Positions 55,310 through 63,527 of a stretch of DNA of 64,000 nt are shown here, piece by piece. How positions within the stretch are numbered: the first letter of the stretch is position 1; each line of letters starts with the position of its first letter. The notes beneath the pieces are model-generated. The model made no database searches. It was not told the origin of the DNA and saw only the letters and a list, made by a program, of their open reading frames with translations. Source of the DNA: Candidatus Eiseniibacteriota bacterium (GTDB lineage Bacteria > Eisenbacteria > RBG-16-71-46 > DASYSL01); assembly GCA_050733935.1 (NCBI GenBank), contig JBOHUC010000098.1:11033-75032 (forward strand), read 5' to 3'. The position numbers and the translations under genes were made by a program.

Positions 55310-55435
55310 CCCGGGGGACGAGTCGTCTCTCTCAGGGGTCCGTACAATTTGTACAAGCTTGTACGCGCGTACGCTCACGTACGGTCGCGTACAAATTGTA
55401 CAAGCCCGTGGGAGAGACCCCTTCACCCCCGGGCT
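55310..55435. repeat. About 125-bp nested imperfect palindrome rich in GTAC-containing sub-palindromes, lying between convergent genes
   Basis: Outer arms GCCCGGGGG / CCCCCGGGC. Inner 13-bp arms GTACAATTTGTAC / GTACAAATTGTAC are exact reverse complements. Central perfect palindrome GTACGCGCGTAC. GTAC occurs eight times. AT-rich core in a 69% GC genome. Confidence 0.8.
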
Positions 55436-55464
55436 TTACATTGGGTCCAGCCGGGCCCAGCCGG

Positions 55465-56175
55465 CTACTTCAACGTCTGTCCGGGCTCGAGCGCGACGAT
55501 CTCGGTCTTCGTGCCGGCCGTGAGGTGTCGCCGGAGCTCGTCGGGCGTGCCGGTGAGCGGCGGAAACGTGCCGTAGTGCATCGGGACCACCCAGCGCGGC
55601 CCGAGGAGCTCGATTGCCTTCGCCGCTTCGCGCGGTCCCATCGTGAAGAGCCCCCCGATCGGCAGGCAGGCCACGTCGGGCGCGTAGAGCTCGCCGATCA
55701 GCCGCATGTCCCCGAACACGTTCGTGTCGCCCGCGTGATAGATGCGGAAGCCGTTTTCGAGCGTGACCACGAAGCCGCAGGCCTCGCCGCCGACCAGGAC
55801 CCCCTTCGAGCCGTTGATTCCCGAGGAGTGATCCGCGTGCACCATCTGCACCTCGAGCCCGGCCACGGTCTGCGATCCGCCTTTGTTCATCGGCCGGATG
55901 TTCTTCGCGCCCTCGTTCTCGAGCCAGAGACAGATCTCGAACATGCCCGGGATCTCGGGCTGATGCTTCCGGACGAGGTCGGGGGCGCTCCCTGCATGGT
56001 CGGCATGACCGTGGGTGAGGAGCAGCATGTCCACGCGCTCGAACGACTTCCAGCGATCGGGACATTTCGGATTGTCGATCCAGGGGTCGAACAGGACGTG
56101 CTTGCCGCCGGGGGTCTTGAGGTGGAACGCCGCGTGGCCGAGCCAGGTGAGCTCGAAATCCTTTCCGATCGTCAT
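55465..56175 (-). CDS. Metal-dependent hydrolase, MBL fold (UPF0173 family)
   Basis: 'LTHGHADH' (HxHxDH) and 'IYHAGDT'. Confidence 0.8.
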   Translation of the reverse strand: MTIGKDFELTWLGHAAFHLKTPGGKHVLFDPWIDNPKCPDRWKSFERVDMLLLTHGHADHAGSAPDLVRKHQPEIPGMFEICLWLENEGAKNIRPMNKGGSQTVAGLEVQMVHADHSSGINGSKGVLVGGEACGFVVTLENGFRIYHAGDTNVFGDMRLIGELYAPDVACLPIGGLFTMGPREAAKAIELLGPRWVVPMHYGTFPPLTGTPDELRRHLTAGTKTEIVALEPGQTLK

Positions 56176-56232
56176 GAACGCCTCCGGGACAGGGGGCCGT
56201 CACCCTAACCCGTGAGCGGAAAAACGACCACA

Positions 56233-56267
56233 AAACCGAAGGCCTCCTCGAAAGGAGGCCTCGGTTT
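56233..56267 (-). terminator. Rho-independent terminator of the repeat-protein gene
   Basis: Perfect 15-bp stem AAACCGAAGGCCTCCT/AGGAGGCCTCGGTTT with a 4-nt loop. On the minus strand it is followed by UUUUGUGGUCGUUUUU. Confidence 0.65.
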
Positions 56268-56307
56268 CGGGCTCAAAGAGGTGCTGTCGAAGGTGCGGCC
56301 CTGAATC

Positions 56308-56775
56308 TTACTCGTCCGCCGTCATCTTGCGGGTCGTGGCAACCGAACCGCGAGCGGTGGCGACTGAACCGCGCGCCGTGGCGACCGAGCCGCGAGCGGT
56401 GGCAACCGAACCGCGCGCCGTGGCAACCGAACCGCGCGCCGTAGCAACGGAACCGCGGGCGGTAGCGACGGAACCGCGCGAGGTCGCGAGCGTGCCGCGG
56501 GGGCTGGTCAGCGTTCCGCGAGGCGTGGCAGCCGAACCGCGGGGGCTGGTCAGCGTTCCGCGAGGGGTTGCGGCCGAACCGCGAGGGCTGGTCAGCGTGC
56601 CGCGAGGCGTAGCCGCCGAACCGCGAGGGCTGGTCAGCGTACCGCGAGGCGTGGCAGCCGAACCGCGCGGGGTGGCAACCGAACCGCGAGCGGTGGAGAC
56701 GTTCGACTTGGACTCTGTCTTCTTCGCCGGAGCCTCGATTCTCGAGGCGACTTTGGGTGTCAGCTTCTTCGACAT
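56308..56775 (-). CDS. Intrinsically disordered repeat protein: Lys-rich N-terminus, then 4x 14-aa 'GSAATPRGTLTSPR' and 7x 7-aa 'GSVATAR' repeats
   Basis: Strong Shine-Dalgarno-like AAGAGGAGG 8 nt upstream of ATG on the minus strand, and its own terminator. The mirror plus-strand ORF lacks a Shine-Dalgarno-like sequence. Composition is R/S/T/A/G/P only after residue 30. Confidence 0.65.
   Translation of the reverse strand: MSKKLTPKVASRIEAPAKKTESKSNVSTARGSVATPRGSAATPRGTLTSPRGSAATPRGTLTSPRGSAATPRGTLTSPRGSAATPRGTLTSPRGTLATSRGSVATARGSVATARGSVATARGSVATARGSVATARGSVATARGSVATTRKMTADE
56327..56706. repeat. About 18 tandem copies of a 21-bp unit (consensus GTGGCAACCGAACCGCGAGCG, alternating with CTGGTCAGCGTTCCGCGAGGC) inside the repeat-protein gene
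   Basis: Read directly from the sequence. Not CRISPR-like: there are no unique spacers and the unit is in-frame coding. Confidence 0.85.
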
Positions 56776-57043
56776 TTTGACTACCTCCTCTTTGAGTGAC
56801 CGGTGAATCCTCCGGAGCTGGCTGGGGGGTGAGCTTCCGGATTCGACCGAGATTTAACGCATCGGCTGTGCCACATCTGCCCTTGCCGACGTGCCCACCC
56901 CGCAACCACCAACCAAACCTTGGTTTAGGAGATTCGCTGGGATTGTTCCGCGGCCCTGAGACCCACCGGCCCGGCGGGGATTTCCCGAGAAGACGAGGAA
57001 AACCGTTGGGGAAATCCCCAGCTCACCTTCGGGCCCAACGAAT

Positions 57044-59068
57044 CTACAACCAGAACCCCATCCGCAGCCAGCGCCAAACACCCCGGAGCCAGCGGACGAT
57101 GAGCGTTTCTGGTGAAACGTCCACCCGGGCCCGGCCGGTCATACCGCTCCGAAGGGTCGGCCCGGGGTTCGCCACGAACCCGAGGACCTTGAACACGGTC
57201 GGGCGTCCCGGCCGGCTCGGCTCGCCCTGCCAGGAGACCTCGGTGACGCGGCCACGGAACTGCCGATCCGGGTAGCCCAGCACCTTGAGCCTAAGCGTCT
57301 GCCCCGGCCGGATGCGGGCCACATCGGTCTCCGAAACGCCGATCTCGACCCGCAGCGTGTCGAGCGGGGAGACCTGGCAGAAGACCTCCCCGGCCTCGAG
57401 ATACGTCCCCGCCCGTTCGGCCAGGTTCGGGGTCAGCACATAGCCGGTCACCGGGGCGGTGAGCTGCGACCGCGCGTTGTCCCGCTCGAGAGCCGCCAGG
57501 CGGGCCATGGCTCCCTCGCGGTCGAGCTCGGCCATCCGGCGGGCGAACGGATCGGCACCCCGTTCGGCCTGCCCGCCCGCGGCTTGCGCGTGGTCGGCTT
57601 CCGCCCGAAGGGTCGAAAGCCGGGCCGCGAGTCCCTCGGGCTCGAGGACCGCGAGCCGCTGCCCGGCGAGAACCCGCTGACCGGAACGGGCCTCCACCGA
57701 GCGGACGATCCCGGTCGACGCCGCCCGGACGGAAACTTCGTTTGCAGGGAGCGTGCGGCCGTCCCCGCCCACGGCCGCGGGCCAGGGAATCGCTCCGACG
57801 AGGAGCAGGCCCACACCGATCGCAATCAGGATTCCCCGTCGGCGGGCCGGGCTCATGCGCTGCCAGCGTCGGCGGCGCTCGGCGAGCGGGGTGAGCGCGC
57901 TCACCATCGGAAGCTGCCGGTAGAGCTCCGCATTCCGGATCGCGACCGAGAGCTGGCCGACCAGGACCCCGAGGGCCTCGCGGTCGCTCTCGCTGTCGAA
58001 CTGGCCCTCGGCGTACGACTCGAGGAGCAGCACACCGACCGGGCCCTGGTCGTCCCGGAGCCCGAGCACGAGCGCGCCTCGCATCTCGCCCTTGAAATAG
58101 TCGAGCCAGACGTCGCGTCCTGGGTGGTCCTCGTTCTGCTCCACCTCCGAGAGCCCGACGACCAGGCTGTCAGGCTTCTTGAAGCCGATCCACTCGAGCA
58201 ACTTCTCGAGCCCGAGCCGCTCGGCCGTGTTCGCATCGACGCGCGGGAAATCGCTCACCGCACGGATCTTCAGGCGCTGGCCCTCGAACAGGGCGAGCAC
58301 AGCGCGCTGCCGCTCGACGATCGCACCGGAGAGGTTCACGGCGGTCTGGAGCACGTGGTCCACGTCGAGCGTCGAGGAGAGCTCGCGGCTGATGCGCAGG
58401 AGCGCGTCCAGGTCCTGCAGGCGGTTCTGGTTCTGCTCGAACAGCAGGGCGCGATCGATCGCGAGCGCCGCCTGATCGGCGACGTGATCGAGGAACAGGC
58501 GGGCGTCCTCGGGATAGGGCTCGCCGCCCGGCGCCGGTCCCATGGCCATGACCGCGATCGTCCTGTTCTCGAGCAGGAGGGGGACGAAGAGATCGAGCAG
58601 CGGTGTGAGGTTCGCTTCCGGATCCGCCTCGAGCGCTTCGGCCTTCCACTCCGCGAACGCCTCGCTCTCCTCGGCCTGCGCGACGTCAAACGTGCTCGCT
58701 TCGTTCTCGGCCAGATTGCAGAGCGCGAGGTCGGGGAGGCTCACACCGAGATGCTCGCGGGTCTCCTCGTCGAACCCGATCGACGCGAGCAGCTCGAAGC
58801 TCCCTTCGCCGTGAGAAAGGAAGAGCGCTCCGCTCCGCGCCATCACGGAGCGGGTGGCGACGTCGAGCGCCGCCGCCGCGGCGGACGTCGCGTCGTGCGT
58901 CTCGACGAGACTGTTGGAGGCTTCGCTCATCGCGAGCACGCGACTCGTGATCTCCGAGAGCTGGGCGTAGGAAAGATCGAGCTGCGCCTGCAGCCGGTCG
59001 CGCTCCTCGGCCAGGCGCGCACGCTCCTGCTCGAGGGCTTCTATGCGGTCGTCTTTGGGCTCGCTCAC
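57044..59068 (-). CDS. Coiled-coil + tandem GAF domains + single TM + HlyD/membrane-fusion-like periplasmic domain
   Basis: N-terminal 'IEALEQERARLAEERDRLQAQL'. GAF-like blocks, the second ending '...LGVLVGQLSVAIRNAELYRQL'. TM 'ILIAIGVGLLLVGAIPW'. HlyD-like 'LAVLEPEGLAARLSTLRAE...LTAPVTGYV...' beta-barrel. 4-nt overlap with the upstream gene. Confidence 0.7.
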   Translation of the reverse strand: MSEPKDDRIEALEQERARLAEERDRLQAQLDLSYAQLSEITSRVLAMSEASNSLVETHDATSAAAAALDVATRSVMARSGALFLSHGEGSFELLASIGFDEETREHLGVSLPDLALCNLAENEASTFDVAQAEESEAFAEWKAEALEADPEANLTPLLDLFVPLLLENRTIAVMAMGPAPGGEPYPEDARLFLDHVADQAALAIDRALLFEQNQNRLQDLDALLRISRELSSTLDVDHVLQTAVNLSGAIVERQRAVLALFEGQRLKIRAVSDFPRVDANTAERLGLEKLLEWIGFKKPDSLVVGLSEVEQNEDHPGRDVWLDYFKGEMRGALVLGLRDDQGPVGVLLLESYAEGQFDSESDREALGVLVGQLSVAIRNAELYRQLPMVSALTPLAERRRRWQRMSPARRRGILIAIGVGLLLVGAIPWPAAVGGDGRTLPANEVSVRAASTGIVRSVEARSGQRVLAGQRLAVLEPEGLAARLSTLRAEADHAQAAGGQAERGADPFARRMAELDREGAMARLAALERDNARSQLTAPVTGYVLTPNLAERAGTYLEAGEVFCQVSPLDTLRVEIGVSETDVARIRPGQTLRLKVLGYPDRQFRGRVTEVSWQGEPSRPGRPTVFKVLGFVANPGPTLRSGMTGRARVDVSPETLIVRWLRGVWRWLRMGFWL

Positions 59069-61179
59069 AGCCAGAAATCCGCTCGAACGACGCGCGCGTA
59101 GAAACGCGTGACACGCTGGACGAGACTCAAGGGTGGGGCCGCCACGCGCGCGACGCCGGACATGCCGGGGCGCAACGCGCCGTCTGGGTTCGGAATGCGG
59201 GCGCGCACGAGGTAGGTCTGCGCCGGACGATCCGGATCCACGAGCCGTGCGGCCGGGAGGCCCAGCACCGCGTCGCTCGCGGGTCCGAAGTCGAGGCTCT
59301 CGATGCGGAAATGGATCCTGCGCCCGGGATCGCTGCGCAGGCGCAGGTCCGCGCGCTGGCCGAGCCCGAGATCGCCGATCGCGCGTTCACTCGCGAGCAG
59401 AACCACGGAAAGCGTATCCAGGCGGCCGATCGTCAGGATCGAATCCCCGACCTCGACGTGCTGTCCGCGCAGCGATTGCGGGTAGGGCGCGAGCACGTAT
59501 CCAGGGGTCACGGCCGTGATCCAGCCCGCCGCGTTCTGGGCCCGCGCTTCCTCCCATCGGGCACGCGCCACCGGGAGAGCCGTGAGCCCGCCCGCCGTCG
59601 CATCCGCGCGCGACCACGGCTCGCTCAGGGCGCGGCGCAGCTCGGCTTCGCGCCGCCCGGCGTTCGACGCCTGGGTGGCACTCCGGGCGTCGCTTTCCTC
59701 CGACCGGACGACTGCGAGCACGGCACCCGGGGCCACGAAGGACCCGTCGCGTACCAGGACCTCCTCGATCGTCCCTTCGACCGGGCTCGCGACGACGCGC
59801 TGCTCGACCGGGATGAGGCGCGCTTCGACCTTGACGCGATGGGGAAGCGGAAGCAGCACGACTCCGACGAGGAGCACGGCCAGGCCGATCGCCAGGGCGA
59901 GATGGCGGCGCACGAAACCCGCCTTCTCGATCGCCAGGTAGCGCGCCCCGTTCCAGAGCTTCGCCCACTGCTTGCGTGTCATGTAGAGGAAGAACACGGC
60001 GAACACGACGAAGCCCGCCTCGCGGAAGTTGCCGACCAGGATTCCGCGCAGGAAGAGGAGAACGACGACCGCATAGAAGATCGAATAGGCCATCGCGCAC
60101 AGCCCGTAGATGAGGAGCGCCTTCCGCTCGTGCCGGGTGAGACCCGGATCCGGCACGCTCATGCGAAGGACATGCTTCTTGAAGAAATCGCCGACGTACG
60201 TGAACGCGCGCTCGCGCAGGTCCGGGATGTCGAGCCAGCTCATAAGCACGTAGTAGCCGTCGAGCTTGATGAGCGGGTTGTAGTTGAAGACGAGGCCCGT
60301 CATGCCGGAGAACAGCATGACGCGGAACGCGATGTCGTGCACGAGGAGGTCCGAGGGTGTGATCGCCCAGATGTAGGTTCCGAGCGTGAAGCACAGGATT
60401 TCGACGTAGCCGCCCGCAAGCGCGACCGCGGCGCGGTGCCAGCGCTTCTCGAAGAAGTAGATGTCCGAGACGTCGCAGAACATGCCGGGCATGAGGTAGA
60501 ACAGCATGAAGCCGAGCCGCCGGGGCTGGCCGCCGAAGTGCATGCACGTGAGCCCGTGTCCGAACTCGTGGGCGATCACGATCAGGAACAGGATCACCCA
60601 CAGCATGAGAAGGCCCAGCCAGTTCGAGTTCTCGAGGGTGAAGATCGTGGCGAGCCCGCCGACGAGCGCGTCCCGCCGGTCCCACAGGATTCCGCAGGCG
60701 CCCAGGAACGCGATCACCGCTCCGATGACGAACCAGCGCGCGAACAGGATCCGGAGCATCGGGTAGACGACCTTGAAGACCGGTGTGGGGTCGATCACGC
60801 CGAACTGGATGTTGAAGATGTTCTTGAGCGACTCGGGCGCGAACTTCCGGCGGGCCTCGCGGGCGCGGGCGCGCTGGATCTCGTTCATCTTGAACGTCTC
60901 TTCGAGGAACCCGCCGCGCTGGAGGTCGCCCGCGACCTCGGTCACGTACTCGACCGGAAAGGTGTACTGGGGATAGCGGGCCTCCATCTCCGCGCTGACC
61001 TCGGCCGCACCCCGCTGGCCGTCGAGCAGATCGCAGATGTCGTGCGTGATCGGATCGTGCCGGTAATAGCTGTTCCGCACCGGGTCGTGCACGGTGTACG
61101 AGGCGTCGCCCGATTCGACGATCCGGCGCACCACGAGATCGCGCCGGAATCGCGGGATGGGATCGTTAGAGCCGCGCAC
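59065..61179 (-). CDS. M50 (site-2 protease) family intramembrane metalloprotease fused to a C-terminal HlyD/membrane-fusion-like domain
   Basis: GTG start. TM-embedded 'IAHEFGHGL' (HExxH) and 'FNYNPLIKLDGYY' (the N-x2-P-x3-LDG S2P motif). C-terminal 300 aa with HlyD-like lipoyl, coiled-coil and beta-barrel pattern. Confidence 0.7.
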   Translation of the reverse strand: MRGSNDPIPRFRRDLVVRRIVESGDASYTVHDPVRNSYYRHDPITHDICDLLDGQRGAAEVSAEMEARYPQYTFPVEYVTEVAGDLQRGGFLEETFKMNEIQRARAREARRKFAPESLKNIFNIQFGVIDPTPVFKVVYPMLRILFARWFVIGAVIAFLGACGILWDRRDALVGGLATIFTLENSNWLGLLMLWVILFLIVIAHEFGHGLTCMHFGGQPRRLGFMLFYLMPGMFCDVSDIYFFEKRWHRAAVALAGGYVEILCFTLGTYIWAITPSDLLVHDIAFRVMLFSGMTGLVFNYNPLIKLDGYYVLMSWLDIPDLRERAFTYVGDFFKKHVLRMSVPDPGLTRHERKALLIYGLCAMAYSIFYAVVVLLFLRGILVGNFREAGFVVFAVFFLYMTRKQWAKLWNGARYLAIEKAGFVRRHLALAIGLAVLLVGVVLLPLPHRVKVEARLIPVEQRVVASPVEGTIEEVLVRDGSFVAPGAVLAVVRSEESDARSATQASNAGRREAELRRALSEPWSRADATAGGLTALPVARARWEEARAQNAAGWITAVTPGYVLAPYPQSLRGQHVEVGDSILTIGRLDTLSVVLLASERAIGDLGLGQRADLRLRSDPGRRIHFRIESLDFGPASDAVLGLPAARLVDPDRPAQTYLVRARIPNPDGALRPGMSGVARVAAPPLSLVQRVTRFYARVVRADFWL

Positions 61180-62320
61180 TGTCCACCAGTCGCGGAACGA
61201 CAGGCCCGCTCGCCTCCGGCGGAGGGCCCTTGCCGGCGGCGAAGACGAGGTCGCCCGGCGCGAGACCGGAGAGCACTTCGTACCCGTCCGGCCGAAGCGC
61301 GCCGAGCTCGACCTCGGTGCGGACGATCTTCCCGTCCCTGACGCGGCGCACGAACAATCGGCTGCCGTCGCGCTCGAGATAGGCAGCCCGCGGAAGAACG
61401 GCTCCGCCTCCGAGGCCGGTGGACGGGGCGGCCGCGCCCGCGTTCCCGGACGCGCTTCCGTCGCCGTTCGCGAACGCCACGCGCACCGTCGACCCGGCGA
61501 GCCCCGGGGAGGTGCCGACGGCCTCGATCTGAACGCGGAACCGGCCGGTGGTGGGATCCACGATCGGGCTCACGTTCGCGACGCGGCCCGCGGCGGCCGA
61601 GCTGGTCGAGCCCGCCTCGCCTTCGGGCACGAGCGAGACCCTTTCTCCGACGGCGACCCGGCCGCGGAACGACGCCGGCAGGTAGAGATCGGCTTTGAGA
61701 CGCGAAGGATCGGTGACGCGGAACAAGACCTCCTGCGCCTTGACCGGCTGGAAGCGCTCCGCGCGCACGTTCCAGACGATTCCCGAGACCGGCGCGCGCA
61801 GCGTGCGGCGCTCGAGCGCGAGCTTGGCGAGCTTCAAGTCCGCTTCGGTGGCCTGCGCCTTGGCGCGCGCGGCGTCCAGGGTCTGGCGCGAGATCCACGC
61901 CCCCTCGGCGCCCTTCTGGGCCCGCTCGAACTCGGCCTTCGCCTGGGCCGCGAGCGCCCCGATGTACTCGACCTCGAGCACGTGCTCCTCGGAATTGAGC
62001 CGCGCGAGCGCCATTCCCGCGCTCACGCGCTGCCCTTCCTTGACCAGGACCTCGCGCACGATTCCGTCGGCGCGGGCGATCACGGGCGCATCCACGGCCG
62101 GCTCGCAGAACGCGCGCACGACCTCGCTCGCGTCGAGTCCCGGCCGAACGCTCACGACGTCGACCGGCGTCCCCTCGACCCCGGCCGCCGACGACGTGGC
62201 CGCGCGCGAAGGAGAATCGGCGGGGCCGCCACAGCCGGCGGAAGCCAGGGAAAGAGAGGAAAACGCGAGGGCAACAGCCGTCCAGCGGGCATGCCGACGA
62301 GTGGAGTACAGACTCCACAT
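61166..62320 (-). CDS. Membrane-fusion protein (HlyD/RND-adaptor family) lipoprotein
   Basis: Lipobox 'LSLASAGCGG'. 'VDVVSVRPG', coiled-coil 'LDAARAKAQATEADLKLAKLALERRTLRAPVSGIV', beta-barrel. Overlaps the M50-HlyD gene start by 14 nt. Confidence 0.75.
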   Translation of the reverse strand: MWSLYSTRRHARWTAVALAFSSLSLASAGCGGPADSPSRAATSSAAGVEGTPVDVVSVRPGLDASEVVRAFCEPAVDAPVIARADGIVREVLVKEGQRVSAGMALARLNSEEHVLEVEYIGALAAQAKAEFERAQKGAEGAWISRQTLDAARAKAQATEADLKLAKLALERRTLRAPVSGIVWNVRAERFQPVKAQEVLFRVTDPSRLKADLYLPASFRGRVAVGERVSLVPEGEAGSTSSAAAGRVANVSPIVDPTTGRFRVQIEAVGTSPGLAGSTVRVAFANGDGSASGNAGAAAPSTGLGGGAVLPRAAYLERDGSRLFVRRVRDGKIVRTEVELGALRPDGYEVLSGLAPGDLVFAAGKGPPPEASGPVVPRLVDSARL

Positions 62321-62488
62321 GGGTGGACCTCGGGGGAGACCTGGGAAAGGACTGGCGATCTGGTCCGGGCTGAACCAGAGGGGAGCGTCCGAATCGAGCA
62401 ACGATCCTGCCTTGTGCGCGCCGGACTGTCAACCGCGCGACGCACGCGACACGCGCGACGGGTTCGACTGGCGCGACCGGCGCGACCC

Positions 62489-62525
62489 AAAAAACTGCGA
62501 CCCGGAGCCACGCGCTCCGGGTCGC
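62489..62525 (-). terminator. Orphan rho-independent terminator on the minus strand, upstream of the MFP operon promoter
   Basis: Stem CTGCGACCCGGAGC/GCTCCGGGTCGC with a 5-nt loop. On the minus strand it is followed by AGUUUUUUGGG. No convincing minus-strand gene ends there. Confidence 0.45.
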
Positions 62526-62882
62526 CGGTCGGTTCGGGGGTGGGGAACTGCGGGTGCTGCCTGAGGAGTAGGAGCGGGCAGGGGCGCCGGGGTCACGGGT
62601 GTCACGCGCTGAAGTAGCGCACCCTGCGCCGCTCACTGGATTGACGGCGATCCCTCGCCGTCCGTCTTTCCCTTTGAGCAGGGGATGTGCCAGACTGGGG
62701 ACCGGACGGAAGGCAACTTCGAAATCGTTCTGAACAGGGGCCTTAGGCGTCCCGGTGGAGCCGTTGGGGGAACCCGGAGGAGCCCCCGGACGCGCTCGAA
62801 GGCTGCAAGCCGCAAGGTACTTTCGCCGCAAGTTGCAGAATCCCTGCGACGCTCAAAACCCGGAGGAGGGAACCCCCCACCC

Positions 62883-63311
62883 ATGGATCTGAACACCTAC
62901 TTCACACAGACGATGCGGGACGAGCTCACCCGGATCGGTTTCGAAGAGCTCACGACACCCGAAGCGGTGGACACCGCACTCGCCGCGCGCAAGGGAACGG
63001 CCCTCGTGTTCGTGAACTCGGTCTGCGGATGCGCCGCCGGCATGGCCCGCCCCGGGATGGCGCTCGCGCTCGAGAAGACGTCCGCGCGCCCGGATCGCCT
63101 GGTGACCGTGTTCGCCGGACAGGATCGCGAGGCGACCCAGCACGCGCGCACGTACTTTGCGGAGGTTCCTCCGTCGTCGCCTTCGATTGCGCTCCTCAAG
63201 GACGGCGCGCTCGTCGGGTTCGTGCCGCGCCATCAGATCGAAGGGCGTCCCGCGGAGGACGTGGGCGCTCGGATCGCGGAGATGCTCGAGTCGCATTGCA
63301 CTGCGGCGTAG
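62883..63311 (+). CDS. BrxA/BrxB (YphP/YqiW, DUF1094) bacilliredoxin family protein
   Basis: 'MDLNTYFTQTMRDELTRIGFEELTTPEAVD...LVFVNSVCGCAAG' with the CGC redox motif. GGAGGAGGG Shine-Dalgarno-like sequence upstream. Confidence 0.75.
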   Translation: MDLNTYFTQTMRDELTRIGFEELTTPEAVDTALAARKGTALVFVNSVCGCAAGMARPGMALALEKTSARPDRLVTVFAGQDREATQHARTYFAEVPPSSPSIALLKDGALVGFVPRHQIEGRPAEDVGARIAEMLESHCTAA

Positions 63312-63403
63312 CGAGGGACGGCGCAAGGCACGGTGTCCGCGCACGGCGCAACGCGCTCCTCGCAACGCGGCGCAGAAAATCTTGCAGAAAAGCGCGATGG
63401 CGG

Positions 63404-63439
63404 ACGGCGGCCCGGAAAACGGGCCGCCTTTTCGTTTCG
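63404..63439 (+). terminator. Rho-independent terminator downstream of the bacilliredoxin gene
   Basis: GGCGGCCCG-GAAAAC-GGGCCGCC followed by TTTTCGTTTCG. Confidence 0.6.
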
Positions 63440-63527
63440 AAACCTTTGCAGGTGCACGCGTTCAGACGCCGGCCTTGCCCGCCGATAACCTGCGTGGAGG
63501 GAGCCCGCACCTTCCCTGGAGGAGAAA

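Noticed and set aside
56327-56706. Possible CRISPR array suggested by regular 21-bp repeats
   Set aside because: Repeats are contiguous with no unique spacers, and the unit (21 bp) is far shorter than CRISPR repeat-plus-spacer periodicity. The array is in-frame coding sequence.
56327-56806. Plus-strand 159-aa ORF mirroring the repeat-protein gene
   Set aside because: No Shine-Dalgarno-like sequence or terminator on the plus strand. The minus-strand ORF has a perfect Shine-Dalgarno-like sequence, a sensible N-terminus and a downstream intrinsic terminator.
56976-57019. 11-bp perfect hairpin (GGGGATTTCCC / GGGAAATCCCC, 21-nt loop) downstream of the GAF-HlyD gene
   Set aside because: No U-tract on either strand and a long loop. 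Possibly an RNA stability element, but insufficient to call a terminator.
62690-62740. SRP (4.5S) RNA-like motif CCAGACUGGGGACCGGACGGAAGGCAAC
   Set aside because: Superficially resembles the SRP domain IV (GGUCCGGAAGGAAGCAGCC). The would-be tetraloop is GGAC rather than GNRA, and no complementary 5'/3' closing helix could be found. Not supportable without a covariance-model scan.
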